The position numbers and the translations under genes were made by a program. Positions 36,431 to 54,937 of a stretch of 64,000 bases of DNA are shown here, one piece after another (positions within the stretch are counted from its first letter, which is position 1; each line of letters starts with the position of its first letter). Under the pieces are notes generated by a model. That model saw only the letters and a list, made by a program, of their open reading frames with translations, did not search any database and had not been told where the DNA came from. This DNA comes from Klebsormidium nitens (Eukaryota; Plantae; Klebsormidiophyceae). Location of the stretch: the NCBI GenBank assembly GCA_000708835.1, contig DF237395.1:12380-76379 (forward strand). The letters run 5' to 3'.

Positions 36431-39400
36431 CCTGCGGACAGGATGGCTGGATTCTGCATGCTGAAGTGAAGCACAGAAGGCGGCTGCGCAATGTGAATGC
36501 AGCCTAGGACTCGGACTCAGAGTGCCATATATTGGGGACGCGGAACATGGGCTGGAATTTTTAGCCAACGCCCCAGACTGGAGTCGACCTTCGGACCACT
36601 CCGGTACCTGCTCTCTGGTATCGTACCGGAGATACCACGTGACTCACTGTATCGCCAAAAGTAAATGCGAAGATCCGCGACCGAGCGCGGTCTCCGACTC
36701 GGTCAAGACTGTCAAGGCTCAACCTGGCTACTAGGCTAGGTACTCAGTGCAGCTACCGTATGACCGCAGTAGTACTCATAGTACAGTAGGAGTACAGTAG
36801 CAACGAAGGGTGGCAGCCTCAGTTATGCAGGTAAGGTGAGACCATAAGACGGACTCACTACTTGTATGCATTGAGGTGCATATACGCAAGTGCGTAGTAT
36901 TGATGTATTCGGAAGCTATCTTACTTGCCAATTTGTCACGGTACCATTGAAGCCGCGGTTACCTTCCTAGTACAGCCTGGCTATACGCGTGCTATACTGC
37001 TATACGATACCATTCGTACAAAATAAATATGTGTCATTGCCATCATAATTTAATGCCCATGTCCATGTTTCTTCCAACTAGAATATCCGATGCCACCATA
37101 CTTTTACAAATCAAGTGCCAACATCATCTAAGATAGCGCACGTACCGTAAGTGTAAAGATGTGACTAAGTTTGGCATCTACTACCCCGTAACAATCTAGT
37201 ATTATTTTGGGGTTGAAGAGGCGGCACGTAAAAGGTTTGAAGATAGAAACACGTAGGCTCGAATGCTAATAGGATATAAACCCAACTCGAACATTGCCAT
37301 GGGTTTTGAGTGGCTCGGTACTTGAATCTACCAGCGGCCAGACGTCGTGTCTTTTGAAGCATATTAGCCACATTGCAAGCTGCTTAGCATCAAGAAGGAT
37401 ACAAACTTCAATTGCACTTGAGAGATTGTCCACATTGCTTACAAGTCATCCAATTAAGCGCGGCAAGTTTGTTACAAATGGTTGGCCACGTTGGACTGGC
37501 ATACTTGCAATAGCAGTGTAGCAAAACTGGCACTGATGCAGAAATCTGCGACAAGGTAAGTGAGTCGAGTTCTTCAAGCAGGCGGGGGTGCTTTGTTTAC
37601 ATGTAAGCGGCGAAATGTCAAGCCAATATGTTGTTATATCGATCCCCTAAGAGAAACCATAGAGTTCCTTTGAGTTGAGTGTGGCAAATGGGTCCAAAAA
37701 TGGTGAAAAATGTCCCCATATAGCCAAAAACGTCCAACTGCCTCCAAATTGCCTCGTTCCTCTTGTAGTCCAAGCGGGTATGACAAGATGTAAGCGGCCA
37801 AAAGTGGAGCCTGCCTATATGTAAATTGATCCTACGACTTGGTTCTTTGAGCATCATTGAGGACAGTGTGGCAAACTGGCCCAAAAATCGCTTCCCAGCG
37901 ATTCAAATTTGAGTTTTATACGCTCCGCGCGCTTATATTATTTCACACGTGTGCGGTTCGGTACCGCTCAGCAATTGTACGGACACCTTCGGACCCCGTC
38001 CGAGTGGCTAAAAAGTTGGCCCATGATCCGCGTTCCCACATATATGGCAATGATCATACTACAAAATTGCGCGCGCGTTGTTTTGGCCGAAGTCCTCGGT
38101 CCGGTCGGGTTTCAGGGTTTGGGTTTACGGGTTTTCAGGGGGTCGCTGCAGATCCGATCTGCCCAGAATCCAGATCTGCCCACCTAGGATTTCGGAGCTA
38201 GGGTTTTGATAACCTGCAGGTGAAAGATCAAAACCCCAACAAAACCCTGGACGTTTCACCCGGCCGCCAGCGCCCCGTGCCAGCGCGCCAAGCTTACAGT
38301 GACAACCACGCGGCGCCCAGCGTCACGCCTCCGCGTGGACTGCACAGTACACGAGACATTCCTTGGACAGCACGAAAGCGGTTTGACTGCACTGCCAACT
38401 TTCCAGGACAAGTTTCTTTCCAATGGCATTGAGCCAGTAAGGTTTCGCGGAAATGATTGCGCCTAGCTCCTTTCCTCCCTGTGTCCTTGATTACTGCCTT
38501 AGGCTTCAGACCAGGACAGATTCGAAGGATCCTAATACTGCGCCGCCTGGCGCGCGCACTTCAATGCCCATCGAGATGAGACTCTTCGACTCCAAAGTTG
38601 AGAAAGCCGGGGCCGATCTTGAGCCAGCTACCGTACACTGAGCCGACTGCATCCTGTAATGACCTTCTAGATCTGTTTCCTGCTTCATGATGCATTCTCG
38701 AAGCTGATCACCTGTCCGACTACGAATTATGGTTCGCGCTCGTACGAACCACCAATTTGCAAAGGCTGTGATGTTGCAACAAGGATTAAGTCACACGGTG
38801 CAGACGCAATCTGCATTTTGACTAAGTTCGCTCTCCTTCGATCTAGCATTGATGTCCTGCCAAATCAGTCAGCCACGTGGGCTCCCATGTGGCAGGCACA
38901 AAAGCGCTGACATTGTTCATAACTCGACGAACAAAGCGACATGGTGGGCGCACTACGGTCTAATTTCTTGAAGCCTGGCTTCCGAAACTCTTGATCTCGC
39001 ACTCTGCGCCTGCCAAATGACAACCAAGCGTACATACGGGCCCAGGCCAACATGGTATCGCCCATCTCATCCCGTACGTTTCGAAGTTTAATCAGCATAT
39101 AATCGTCAGTTTGCACCGTGGGCGCGCGCGGGCCCCAGCCTGAGAACGGTGCCGAACCAGGGCGCATCTCGCTCCACTGGCAGAACAAGTGGAGTCGACG
39201 AATTGGATCAACGAAGTCCCAGCTCTAGTAGCCCGGCTTTCGAACGGGAAAAGAAACGTATCATGAGTTGACAAACTAGGTTTCGAAGTGCGAGAAACGA
39301 TTCATCTTTTCTGCCGTACATCATTGAACCGGCGGCAGTACCCGATTCACTTCCGCCACTTCCGGCCTCGCTGAACGAGATGCGAAAGTTCGCCGCTCCA

Positions 39401-42389
39401 TTAGAGTCATACGCCCAGTATCAGTCTCACCTGCTTACATCCTGGATAATTCAATGTTTAGTTTCGCTTCAGCAATATGCAACGAGCACGAAACACTGAG
39501 AAAAGAGTCTAGCGGGGAAATGTTATACACAGGAGTTTTTGGCCCATAAGCATGATGGTTAAGAGCTGGCTATGGGCTGATTTCAAAGTGGTTTAGTGTC
39601 CAGTAGCCAGACTTGGGAGTAACCAGCCTTGAAACAAGGTTACCGCCCGGTTACCTGTCCAATAACCTGAGACTCGAGTCTGGTAATCAGCACGGTTAGC
39701 AGCCAGAATTTTCTTTGTTATGCCCTGCGTTCTATCACATCCTTCTCAACTCCCAACGGGACCTAGCTACTCAAGCCACGAGTGAATGTTTTACCTGGAC
39801 ATCCAGCTTATAACGAGTAACAATAAGTGCACCAGGCCTTTCGATTGCCTGACCCCAGACCCACAAAATCCGTGTCCGTCAGATGAAAGCGGTTCGGTTC
39901 TTACATCCACGGCGATGCAGACAACATCTTTGTCCGGCGCGATCCTACAGCTTTGAATCTCACGGGAGGAAAGGGAGCGTTTATATCAATACCACTTATC
40001 CGAAGTGACCAAGTTGAAAGAGTATTAAGTATCAGGCCCAAGAGTTGTTTCTGTGTTTCTCAGAAGCTTTGGTAAGTTGAACTCTGCTTTCAGTCGATTT
40101 TCAAGGCCAGATTGAATGATGAATCTTCGAAAGGAAATTCAGACATCCCAAATCCTCGTAGTCGAGGAAGAACACGTATGAAAGCTCGTGAAGGAAGCCT
40201 TTCATTCTGCCGATAAGAAGACGAATCTCGGCCCGTTGATTAGTGAACGTATATTTCCAATCTCCATCATGGCAAACGGACAAACGACTCTGAAAATGCA
40301 TCCCTCGATCCCAAGGGACTTTGTCCCTGACGGAGCCCTCTTCCGTAGGACGAAACCTGTTCTGGCACTGTGGCGTTAATGCGAAATCAGTATTGCCGAG
40401 GCGAGTTCTGGTCCAAATAGAGACTGAAATGTCGCATTACATCGAGCAAAACCGGGTGGCAATCTGCTTCCGGAATGTGAGCCTCAGTTACACGCCAAGT
40501 TCTTCGTGACTTTCTTGTCAGTTTTTGAATCTCTCGGAGCGATTCACGTTCGAATAAGAGGAGCCTTTCTCAACGTGTCTGATTACTTCGATTAAGATGT
40601 ATGCCAGCACAGCTCACCAGATCAGCTGCAAGTTCGCACGAGTAGGCGAGAAGCAGGCTGCCAAGCATTTGCTAAGCAGAAGGATTTCGTAACCTGAGCT
40701 TCACTACGCTGATCGCAGAATATCACTCGATGCCCATGAGCCCATGCTTGCCTCTGCAGGGCTCAACCGGAGCTTCGCACACACAAACAATTGGCTCAGA
40801 TTGTCGAGCTCCATAATAGTCGACAAATGAGGACATATCCTCTTCGGACTAGCACATGCGTGATTGTGATGCATAACTTGGTAGTGATAGACAGCTGAAG
40901 ATTGTCATCCGTGCAAGGTCCAGCCCTTCCGAGATTCAAAACAATCATCACAAAGGCGCCAAGTCGTTTACCATATTCAGTCACTGAGTCGTCGAGCTGA
41001 GCAATCATTTGAACGTTGTGTTGCTATCTGATTCCAAATGCATGACGATTTCATGTTTAAAAAGTCTAGTCTCGATGCGACCGCGGCACGTCGTGGGCCC
41101 CATGAAGATCATCTAGGAGACTTAGGCGACCAATCGTATCAGCCCCCATGCAACTGATCGGCCCTAGGGTGGCCGACAGCAGTCCGGCAATTGGTTCATT
41201 CGGGGCTACCGTATACATAAGTTAATAAGGGGCCAATTCAACCGTCATCCAGCTATATAGGCTTGCATGGCCCTCATAAGTATATGATACGACTCCCTTC
41301 AAATTCGTGATGCTTGCACATGTACTAGCTGACCAACTACGCGCATGCATGGGCGCCGGTACTTAATACAGAGTCCGCACAAATCTGTAACTAACTTAAC
41401 CAGGCTAATGTGAACATGCTAGGCGAAGGTCATACCAGGCCATGTACACCAGTGGGCAGCGAGGCAGGCTCACTGACGCCCGCGCATGTTGCATTCATGC
41501 CACTGACAAGGCTGCCTGCGCATGCAATGATGCAAGCCACCATGCAGATCAGTGACCGTCAGTCTTGCAACATACTGGAACTACGGGTTTTAACTTATAA
41601 CAAGGTCACTGAGTTACAGCCTCGGCAACTAACATACAACGAACCCTCCTGCCATACAATAAATTGTGCTGTCAAAGAAGTGACCAACACAACCACCGCC
41701 AGAACAGCAGGATAGGAAGCATACCAAACAAACCCGGTTGAATGTGCATTTCTCAATAACCACCGCTTTTGATTGATGACATCGACTCTGGTTCGGCTTG
41801 GACACGCAAAAAAGGTCCTTGCCGCGTATCTATAATGCTTGCTCAGGCTCGTGCTTAGCTCAGATCAAAATTAGCCTCTGCACTACGACTGAGCAAACCT
41901 AGATGGTTAGTTTATCACTATGAGGCGAGTGACTTCGGCTTTATACGCCTTGGGTCCTACTTTGGAGTCTGGACCCTGCTGTTTTTCCATACGTCCTGAC
42001 TGGCGTACTTTTATTCGTTACCTACATACAACTCAATCAAGTCCTGCTCCCACCACCCAAACCATTGACTCTGCCGACTTGTACACATCCGCGGATCTTA
42101 CAGTACATGGCCGCTATCACACCCAGCCTTCACTGACGACATCACAAACGACCCGACCACTTTCTCAGCGACCAATCACCCCATAACCATGTGCAGCTAA
42201 GGAAAAAGAAAATGCACGTCACGCATGCTACCCAAACCCGATCCCATTGCCGAAACGGCTCGCATAGCCACCCGAACTGGCAGCCACTGCACTCCCTCAG
42301 ACCGCATTCACCCGGATTCCAGTGTCCACCACCGCTCCTCTACGTCCTCACACCCAGGATTATCCCGCCAGCCACAACCAGCGCCTCTC

Positions 42390-47925
<5,536 letters not shown>

Positions 47926-49842
47926 CTTCGCTGATCCTTGTTGGTACCTTGAATAGGTGTAAAACTCAGACTACCTAGTCCCCTATCTATTAGTCTCTGT
48001 TGGCAACTGCTCGCTTCGCAGTGAATAATGACCCTTGCAAGAATTGCTGCACATGCACGACCGTTGCCAGGACAGTCCCTTTCCCAAGACCTCGGCCCCT
48101 TAACAAGTTTGTTCCCACAAGCCCAAGCTGATCCTCCTCGCTGACCCACTACACTGTCAAATCTGCTCAAACTGGAAGCTCCTACTGAGCCCCGCTTACT
48201 TCTTAAAGGTCAATCCTAGCTCCCCTAAGCTGGTAAAGGCTCAAAATTGACCCAGGAGCACCTCGACCGGTTTGTGCTGCCTGGTGGATGCAATTGTCGG
48301 ATGTTGACTCAGCTGCTGGTTGCTCACAAGGGACCCCTTCTACAGTCCTGTCTCACGTCCAAGAGCTTGTGAATCACTATTTGTAACACTCTTCCCCCAC
48401 GGAAGCTCGACCAGGTTATAAGGCTCTTGCCAACAAAGCTTTGGCTTCTTCAGCACCCTTCACTGACGGCTGGTACAGCTTGATGCCAAAAAACAAATAA
48501 AATCGGTGCGGTGGAAGGTAATTCGTCGTATGAAAGAAGGAGATCTCGAGGCGGAAGATGGTCCAGGGAAGCTAAAAGGGCAATTGTGAAGAAGAAAACA
48601 GAAACGTCCCAACTCCTCAGATGGCAGACCCGCCCTCTCTGCTCTGTAATATATCCAGCGTTACCGTCCCCTGGAGCGGGCCCAAGCGACAACCCCGTAA
48701 GTCCATATCACAAACGTTTCAGGCCTCTGCCCTCAGGCTGTGCCTCTAATCCGGACCGCCAAACATGGCGACTAGCAGAGGAGCCCTGCAGCCACCGAAG
48801 GGGGGACTGGCTGGCGTCCCTATGCGACAAGGGGACACATGGCTCAGGGGGATTACTGCTGCCGAGAGAGGGCAGCAGCAAGGGGCTGCAGAGGCAGCAC
48901 CGCCATGGAGGAGGGTCACCATCAACTGGCGTCAGCTAACATGCGCCTTGGCCCGTGCTAAACCTTCATAATGAACACCATGCTCCGATTTCCTGCGGCG
49001 TTCCTACTCCATGTGCTTCCTTCTTCCTCCGCTGAAATGGCTTTCCTTCTCTAGGCTCCCGCGAAAGGTGCAAGCTCTCCTGAAACTTGAAATCTGGACG
49101 AAAGGAAGTCTAGACGTTCAGCAGATATCTGGGGCATAACCCCATGCTTCCCGCACTTCTAGAGGTCCGCTTTCCAGAGGAAAGTTGCTGACCGAAGTCG
49201 GAAGTTCGAATGTTTCTCGAAAGGTAAACCCACCCCTTTCCTGTACCCCGGTAGGACTACCCGGCTGAAAGAAGTTGAATATTCGATATTCCAAGCACGC
49301 TCGGACCGTCGATTCTGCAGGATGGATGGCTACAAAGTCAATTTCCCTGTTTGGGAAATATCTTGACCGGGAAACAGCGCTCTTATTTTCCCCGGTGCAA
49401 GATTCGTCGCGTCACCCCCGCAATGATTCAGGATATCTAACCGGGCCAGCGCGCGCGAGCGCTTTCACGTGAACTGGCAGTTGCAATTGAGTTGCAAAAC
49501 CGCGTCTTGTCAAGTGTTGCAGGCGAGGCTGGCACAGCCGGCCTGCGCACGCCTGGCGTTGGTGCAGCTAGCAGCTACTGTACTGAGCTTGTCCGAATTC
49601 AGAGCTCTTCCGCATTCACCAGTAGGCATTCAATGATTGAGGCGCCAGAGCTAGAAAGGACGTCACATTAAGATTGCTGAACGTGGCTGGCTGGCTGGCG
49701 GGCCGGCTGAACAACTATGTAACTATTAAAGTTGAAAAAGTGATTGGCAGCCAGTGATGCCTGCTCAGGTCCGCCATGCGAGCCCGCACTTGAGTAGCAT
49801 TTGGCTTCCTCCGTTCCCCTCCGAATCATGTCATCATGTCAT

Positions 49843-49895
49843 CATGGCATGGGCATGGCATGGGCATGGCATGGGCATGGCATGGGCATGGCATG
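49843..49895. repeat. Minisatellite (CATGGCATGGG) x 4.8
   Basis: Four perfect 11-mers plus CATGGCATG, preceded by CATCATGT-type units. Confidence 0.9.
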
Positions 49896-52800
49896 ATGGA
49901 CTCACGGGGATGGAACATAGTTCCATCACAGGATTTTGCAGCCTTTGCTCGATTCGAGGTCAGCTTCGAATTCTCAAGTAATGCTCCAGCCCCAGCTCCG
50001 GCCAAGAAAATGGGATTCACTTGCCGGGCGGAGAATGGACTGATATATATGGTCTCCTTCAGTAACGCGATCATGCGACTAAGCGCATGATTGAGACGCC
50101 CATGGGGCCCCTGCGCCCGCAGCCTATGCCTGCACGAAGTGAAGCGGCCTGGTTTTGCATGAGTTAGCGCCATCACTGTCGACATATATTTATAGCTCAT
50201 GACTAATAGTTCATGACACCTGCATATACCAAGGACTCCCTAGTGCAACATGTGCAAGTGCTGATCTCTAGCAGCATGTGCTCAGAAGCATTTTGGTCTA
50301 CTTCATGTATCTCTCAGCCTGTGAACTCGACGTACTGCCGCCGATTGCAGCGCCGCTGTAGTCGACTTCGGAAACACACCACCTCCAACCTTCGATCTTC
50401 CGGGTTCAACCACTGCCACCGTGCGGCAGGTGCTGACACCTCGATGACTTGAGCCCGTTCACAGTCCTCAGAACGGAAGATTAACTTTCAGGGGACTTTC
50501 AGATTCTGATCGGGTGATCCGTTGAAAGCCACTTGATAAACCGTCTGTGGCATAGCGCTACAAAAGATTCGGGATTCGAAATTTGAGGAGGACAACAAGC
50601 CCATGCAGGGTCAGTGCTCCTTGTCGAGAGCGACTACCCAGTGCGGTTATATATTTGTTCATGTATTGTGAACGGACGGAGCACTTACGGAATCAATTTT
50701 CCACTTAAATGTCTTATCGTTGAGCGGCCAATTCCGGGTTTATGTATGGTGTGCCTTCAAACTTCGTCGCGACGTACTCGTCCGTCAGCACCAAGAACAT
50801 CGAAACAATAGCTATGGGTACGTTGAAACTTACCCATGCAAGCGCCTGCGTGCATCATTCGGAGGCACAATTGGCACACGCCAGCTTCCTTAAAACCAAG
50901 GACAAGTTGAGGCTCTTGTCTTGACGAATTCTAGACAGTCGAAAGCTGGTTTAGGCGGTTTTATCGATGTGGCCAAGAACGAACCACGATTCCTTCCTCG
51001 ATCTTTGCACCGAGGTACGGGGAGGATTTTGAGAATCTCGAGCAAGCAGGCTGCCCAGCGCCCTGGGGATCGATGCGGATTTTCAAAAACCTTCGCTTTC
51101 CGAGATCAAGTATTCAGATTGTCTCGCTTTCCCAGATGAAGGTTTCCTCTGAGCAATGCAGGGTCTGGAGACGTGTTCGAGCCGCCCAGTATCTGGCTTT
51201 ACGAGGAGAGGGGGTTTCAAGCAGCAAATTGCAGCTTTGCGGGGTCAGGGGAACGGTGGGGCCCTGATTCGACACCAATTCGACTCCGTTCCCTCAATCT
51301 CTGCAAGTGAATGGAAAAACGGTCCGCCGTAAGCAACGCGCAAGTGGGCAGTATTTTGGCAACAGCTGTTCTCTAGTTCTCATACAGTGGTCGAAAGCTT
51401 CTTGCCATATTATGAGCCCACTGCGTTCGAACCTCCCTACTAGAATTGCTGACATGTGAGTTAGTGTGAGTTAGACACGTTGCTGAGTCAGCGCAAGGCG
51501 TTCGACCCGAGCTAGGAAGATCAGAAACGAGAATGAGTTGAAGGGCGTTCTAGAGAAGGGGGTCGTTCGATCCCCGTTCGATCCGACTTGGTACACGTGC
51601 ATGTCCGACTTTCATTCTGCGTCTCGAAAGTAACAATACACAGGAATTCGAGGAAGGATCTCGACAGCCTGATCGACAGTGATGCCCCTTCCGCAGATCT
51701 CGTAACGGTCGCACCCCCTCCGTACCTCGAAATTGTTCGAGCCGATGGCCAGTAGAAACTCGAGAATCGATCAAGCGCCCGACTTTACCTTCGACCCCAG
51801 AGAGAGTATTTTCAAGCGGAAAGGCGGCAGGTTCTGCAAAGGAATGAAAGAGACCTGAAGTCTGTCAAAATCGAACTGGCAAGAAAATCTCACACTGGTG
51901 AGATTGCACGAGACCTTAGGACGACACTGCAAGGCCCGAGGTAGAAGGAATAAAATTTCATTGCGTAACGTTCGTGACTTCGGAGGAGCAGGCTGGTTTC
52001 ATTCAACAGCAGGCGGCACGTCATTCTGGGGGACCGAATCTCGGTATGTCACGGAACGCTTTGGTCGAGCAACAAAACTCGGATCGAACCCAAAGAAACC
52101 ATTCTGGGCACCGGGCCCAATAAATGTGAGCGTTGAGATCCGCGACGCAAAGATCTGCTTTCCAATAGGAGCAACAGGCATCTTAAAAGCCTACTGTTAG
52201 CAACACGGAACTCATTTGCCTCCTTGCATATTTTCGAACGCGCTCTGACGATGATTCCAAATGCTTTGCGATATTTTCAACAGCGCCGTCTGCAGAACCC
52301 ATGAAGGCTGTTTGAACGATAGCCCGTCACATAGTATCCTCTTATCCTCTGCCCAAAGCAAGGCGTACTTCTCTGAAGCTGTTCAGCCTTTGTTCCCGCT
52401 TCTCCCGATGTTCAGAACTTCAGCAAAAAGTTATCGTGACGATCTCCTGCCTGTCTTCTTCCATGAGGATGCTGGACAGAAGACGCTTCGACAGACGTGG
52501 CGTCTCAGCGGCAGCCGCACAAACGGAATCGGTGCACGTGGTCACGAGGAGAGTCAGGAGACTTATGACGCTTTCGTCGAATTTGCTCCACATCGACCCG
52601 GTTTCTTTCACCTAGCAAAATAGTCTGTGCCCAGAAGAAAATGTCTCTCAGGATTACGGAAAGAAAGAGATCGGGACCAATCTCAGATCGCAGTTGCGGA
52701 CAGAAGCGCACGGCGCACCGACGGACTGCTAGATCAACGAACAGTGATTACTGCACAGGTCCGGGTTCCGTGACGCTCTCGCGTGGTACTGGAGATCCTA

Positions 52801-54937
52801 GTACTCTTACGCAGAGAGGGCGGGCCCCATAGCCTATAGGGGAGCCCCGCCTGAGAGACCATGATTGAAAAAGCTCTCAACGGTTGACCTTCAGATTTTG
52901 AATCTTTATAAACGCGAGCTCTCTGCCCAATCCTTGCGCTGGCCTGCGCTGATTCGAGTCTCGAACGTCTTTACAGGACGAGCCGCCATTGAAAGATCAT
53001 AGAATAAGCGTGCCCGCTGTTTCCAATCTGATGAGTATGAGGGCGGTGCGCACAAGTTCGAGAAGCTCAGAGGATACACAATACGGCGCTCGTCGCATGA
53101 TGGTCACGGAAGTCTCGATTGCGCTGTAACAAAAACCCGAGAAACGGACATATCTCATGAGAAGCTGCACTGTGACGACCGTTTTAGCAAAACGCGTGCT
53201 GGTTCGAGCTTTGTAACACTTGCTGCATTAATGTCGGCAATTGCCACCGCACTGCATGGGCCTCTGCATGGCTGGGATACTGCACCACCCTGTCCAATCA
53301 TTAAATGTCGGAATGACGATATCCTAGTGACTTCTGAGTTGCTCTGAGTTTATACCGTTCTGTTGAGACACTTGCTGTGGTCAGCCACCGCCAGCCGCCG
53401 AGCACAGCTGGCACACGGCGTTCTTCAATCGTCCATAGCAGAATCAGTACGGGCCGCGGGAGACTCTCGGATTTGCATGCCATGCATTTGATACCCCGGC
53501 CAGGCCGAACTTCCGTACGACAACCAGCCTGCGTTTTTAGCTGGGACATCCCAGTTCTGATGTTTGGCGATGCATGCATCTTGCATGCAAGCGCGCCGAG
53601 ACTCAAGGGGCTTGCTCTAGTCACTCTAGCCACCGAGCGCGCCATATGCCAGCAGCTCGCGGCGCTCCAGACAGATTGAGACATGCGGCGCCATATTCGT
53701 TGGGCCCCACTGAGCCGGACTCCGATCATACGATCAGTCTGGCGCTCAATTCAATAATTTGCAATGATAGACGTCGAGAAACCTGTCTACAGTAGCTTTC
53801 CGTTCTTACACGCTAGCTCGATCCGGCCCCTCATACCATGCATGCCAGCATGGCATGGGCCATGTTATTCGGTTCAAACGCAGTGACAATATGCTAGTGT
53901 TATAGCCTAGGCTTTGAAGGCTTACCCATTTCTATGGCAGGCGACGGCGGCGCGCGGGCTACCCAGTGATGTATAAACTCATACACCTTGATTCAATTGC
54001 AGGACGGTACTTCGAGAACCCGCACAGCGTTGGACGCGTATCGAGGGACGGTCACTTGGCCTGTGGCGACCTCCCGGCTGCGCCATGGAAACTTATATCT
54101 GCAGCTATAGTACATCACATGATGGCGTCCCGCGCCGCCGCAGTGACTCAGCTAACGCGTGCAACTCGGTGCCAACATCCATATGGTATTAGACTCGTAT
54201 ATCCATGGATTTAAGAAATACTATATACTCTACTTGTCGGATATCTGGCATTGCACATGATTGAAGATCATTCAAGATATCTCAAGTACATAATCAAACG
54301 CGGAAGAGCTCCGAATATAGCCGGGCCGGGCCTAGGCTCAGTGCATGCAAGGCGGACGCGCCGTCTCATATTGATCGATCCGCAAGTCAAATTTGTGCAG
54401 GGCCTCCATGCCAGTCACGGCGCGGCACAGTCTAGAGGGCCACATATGCGGCGATCTTGTCCGACCTAGCTGGCATGCAATGCGGCAATCTTTGATGCAC
54501 ATGCAATCGGTGGGATGCAAGCTGACCCGCCCTATGTATAGCTTACCATCTTTTGGCCTGATGGGCTGCCATGCATATAGCCAAACCTAGCTAATGTATT
54601 TGTACGACTTCGGGGCGCATGCCGGGCACAAGAGTCGGACTAGGATGGAAGATGATCAACTTTCTGGCATACTAGGAACCTCAGTCTGGTTTTCATTCTT
54701 TATTCTTTCAGTGTACGAGACGTCAGCGCTTGCAAACGACTAGAACTAGACAACGACCATCATAAGAATAGGCAGTACCTAAAATGACTCTACACCCTCT
54801 TCCAAACGTGCTAAGCAAGACAGTCTCTGTCACAGGCCAAATACAAAAAAAGTGCCGTTTCTGAATCAAGATCTGCTAAAATAGAGACCAAGCTAATATA
54901 GTAGCGACGGGACTCCAAACAGGCAAAAATAAGACAG

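Noticed and set aside
37160-37890. Stop-interrupted frames with CKQC, suggesting a transposase relic
   Set aside because: No catalytic motif or termini could be identified, so it is not supportable without a database search.
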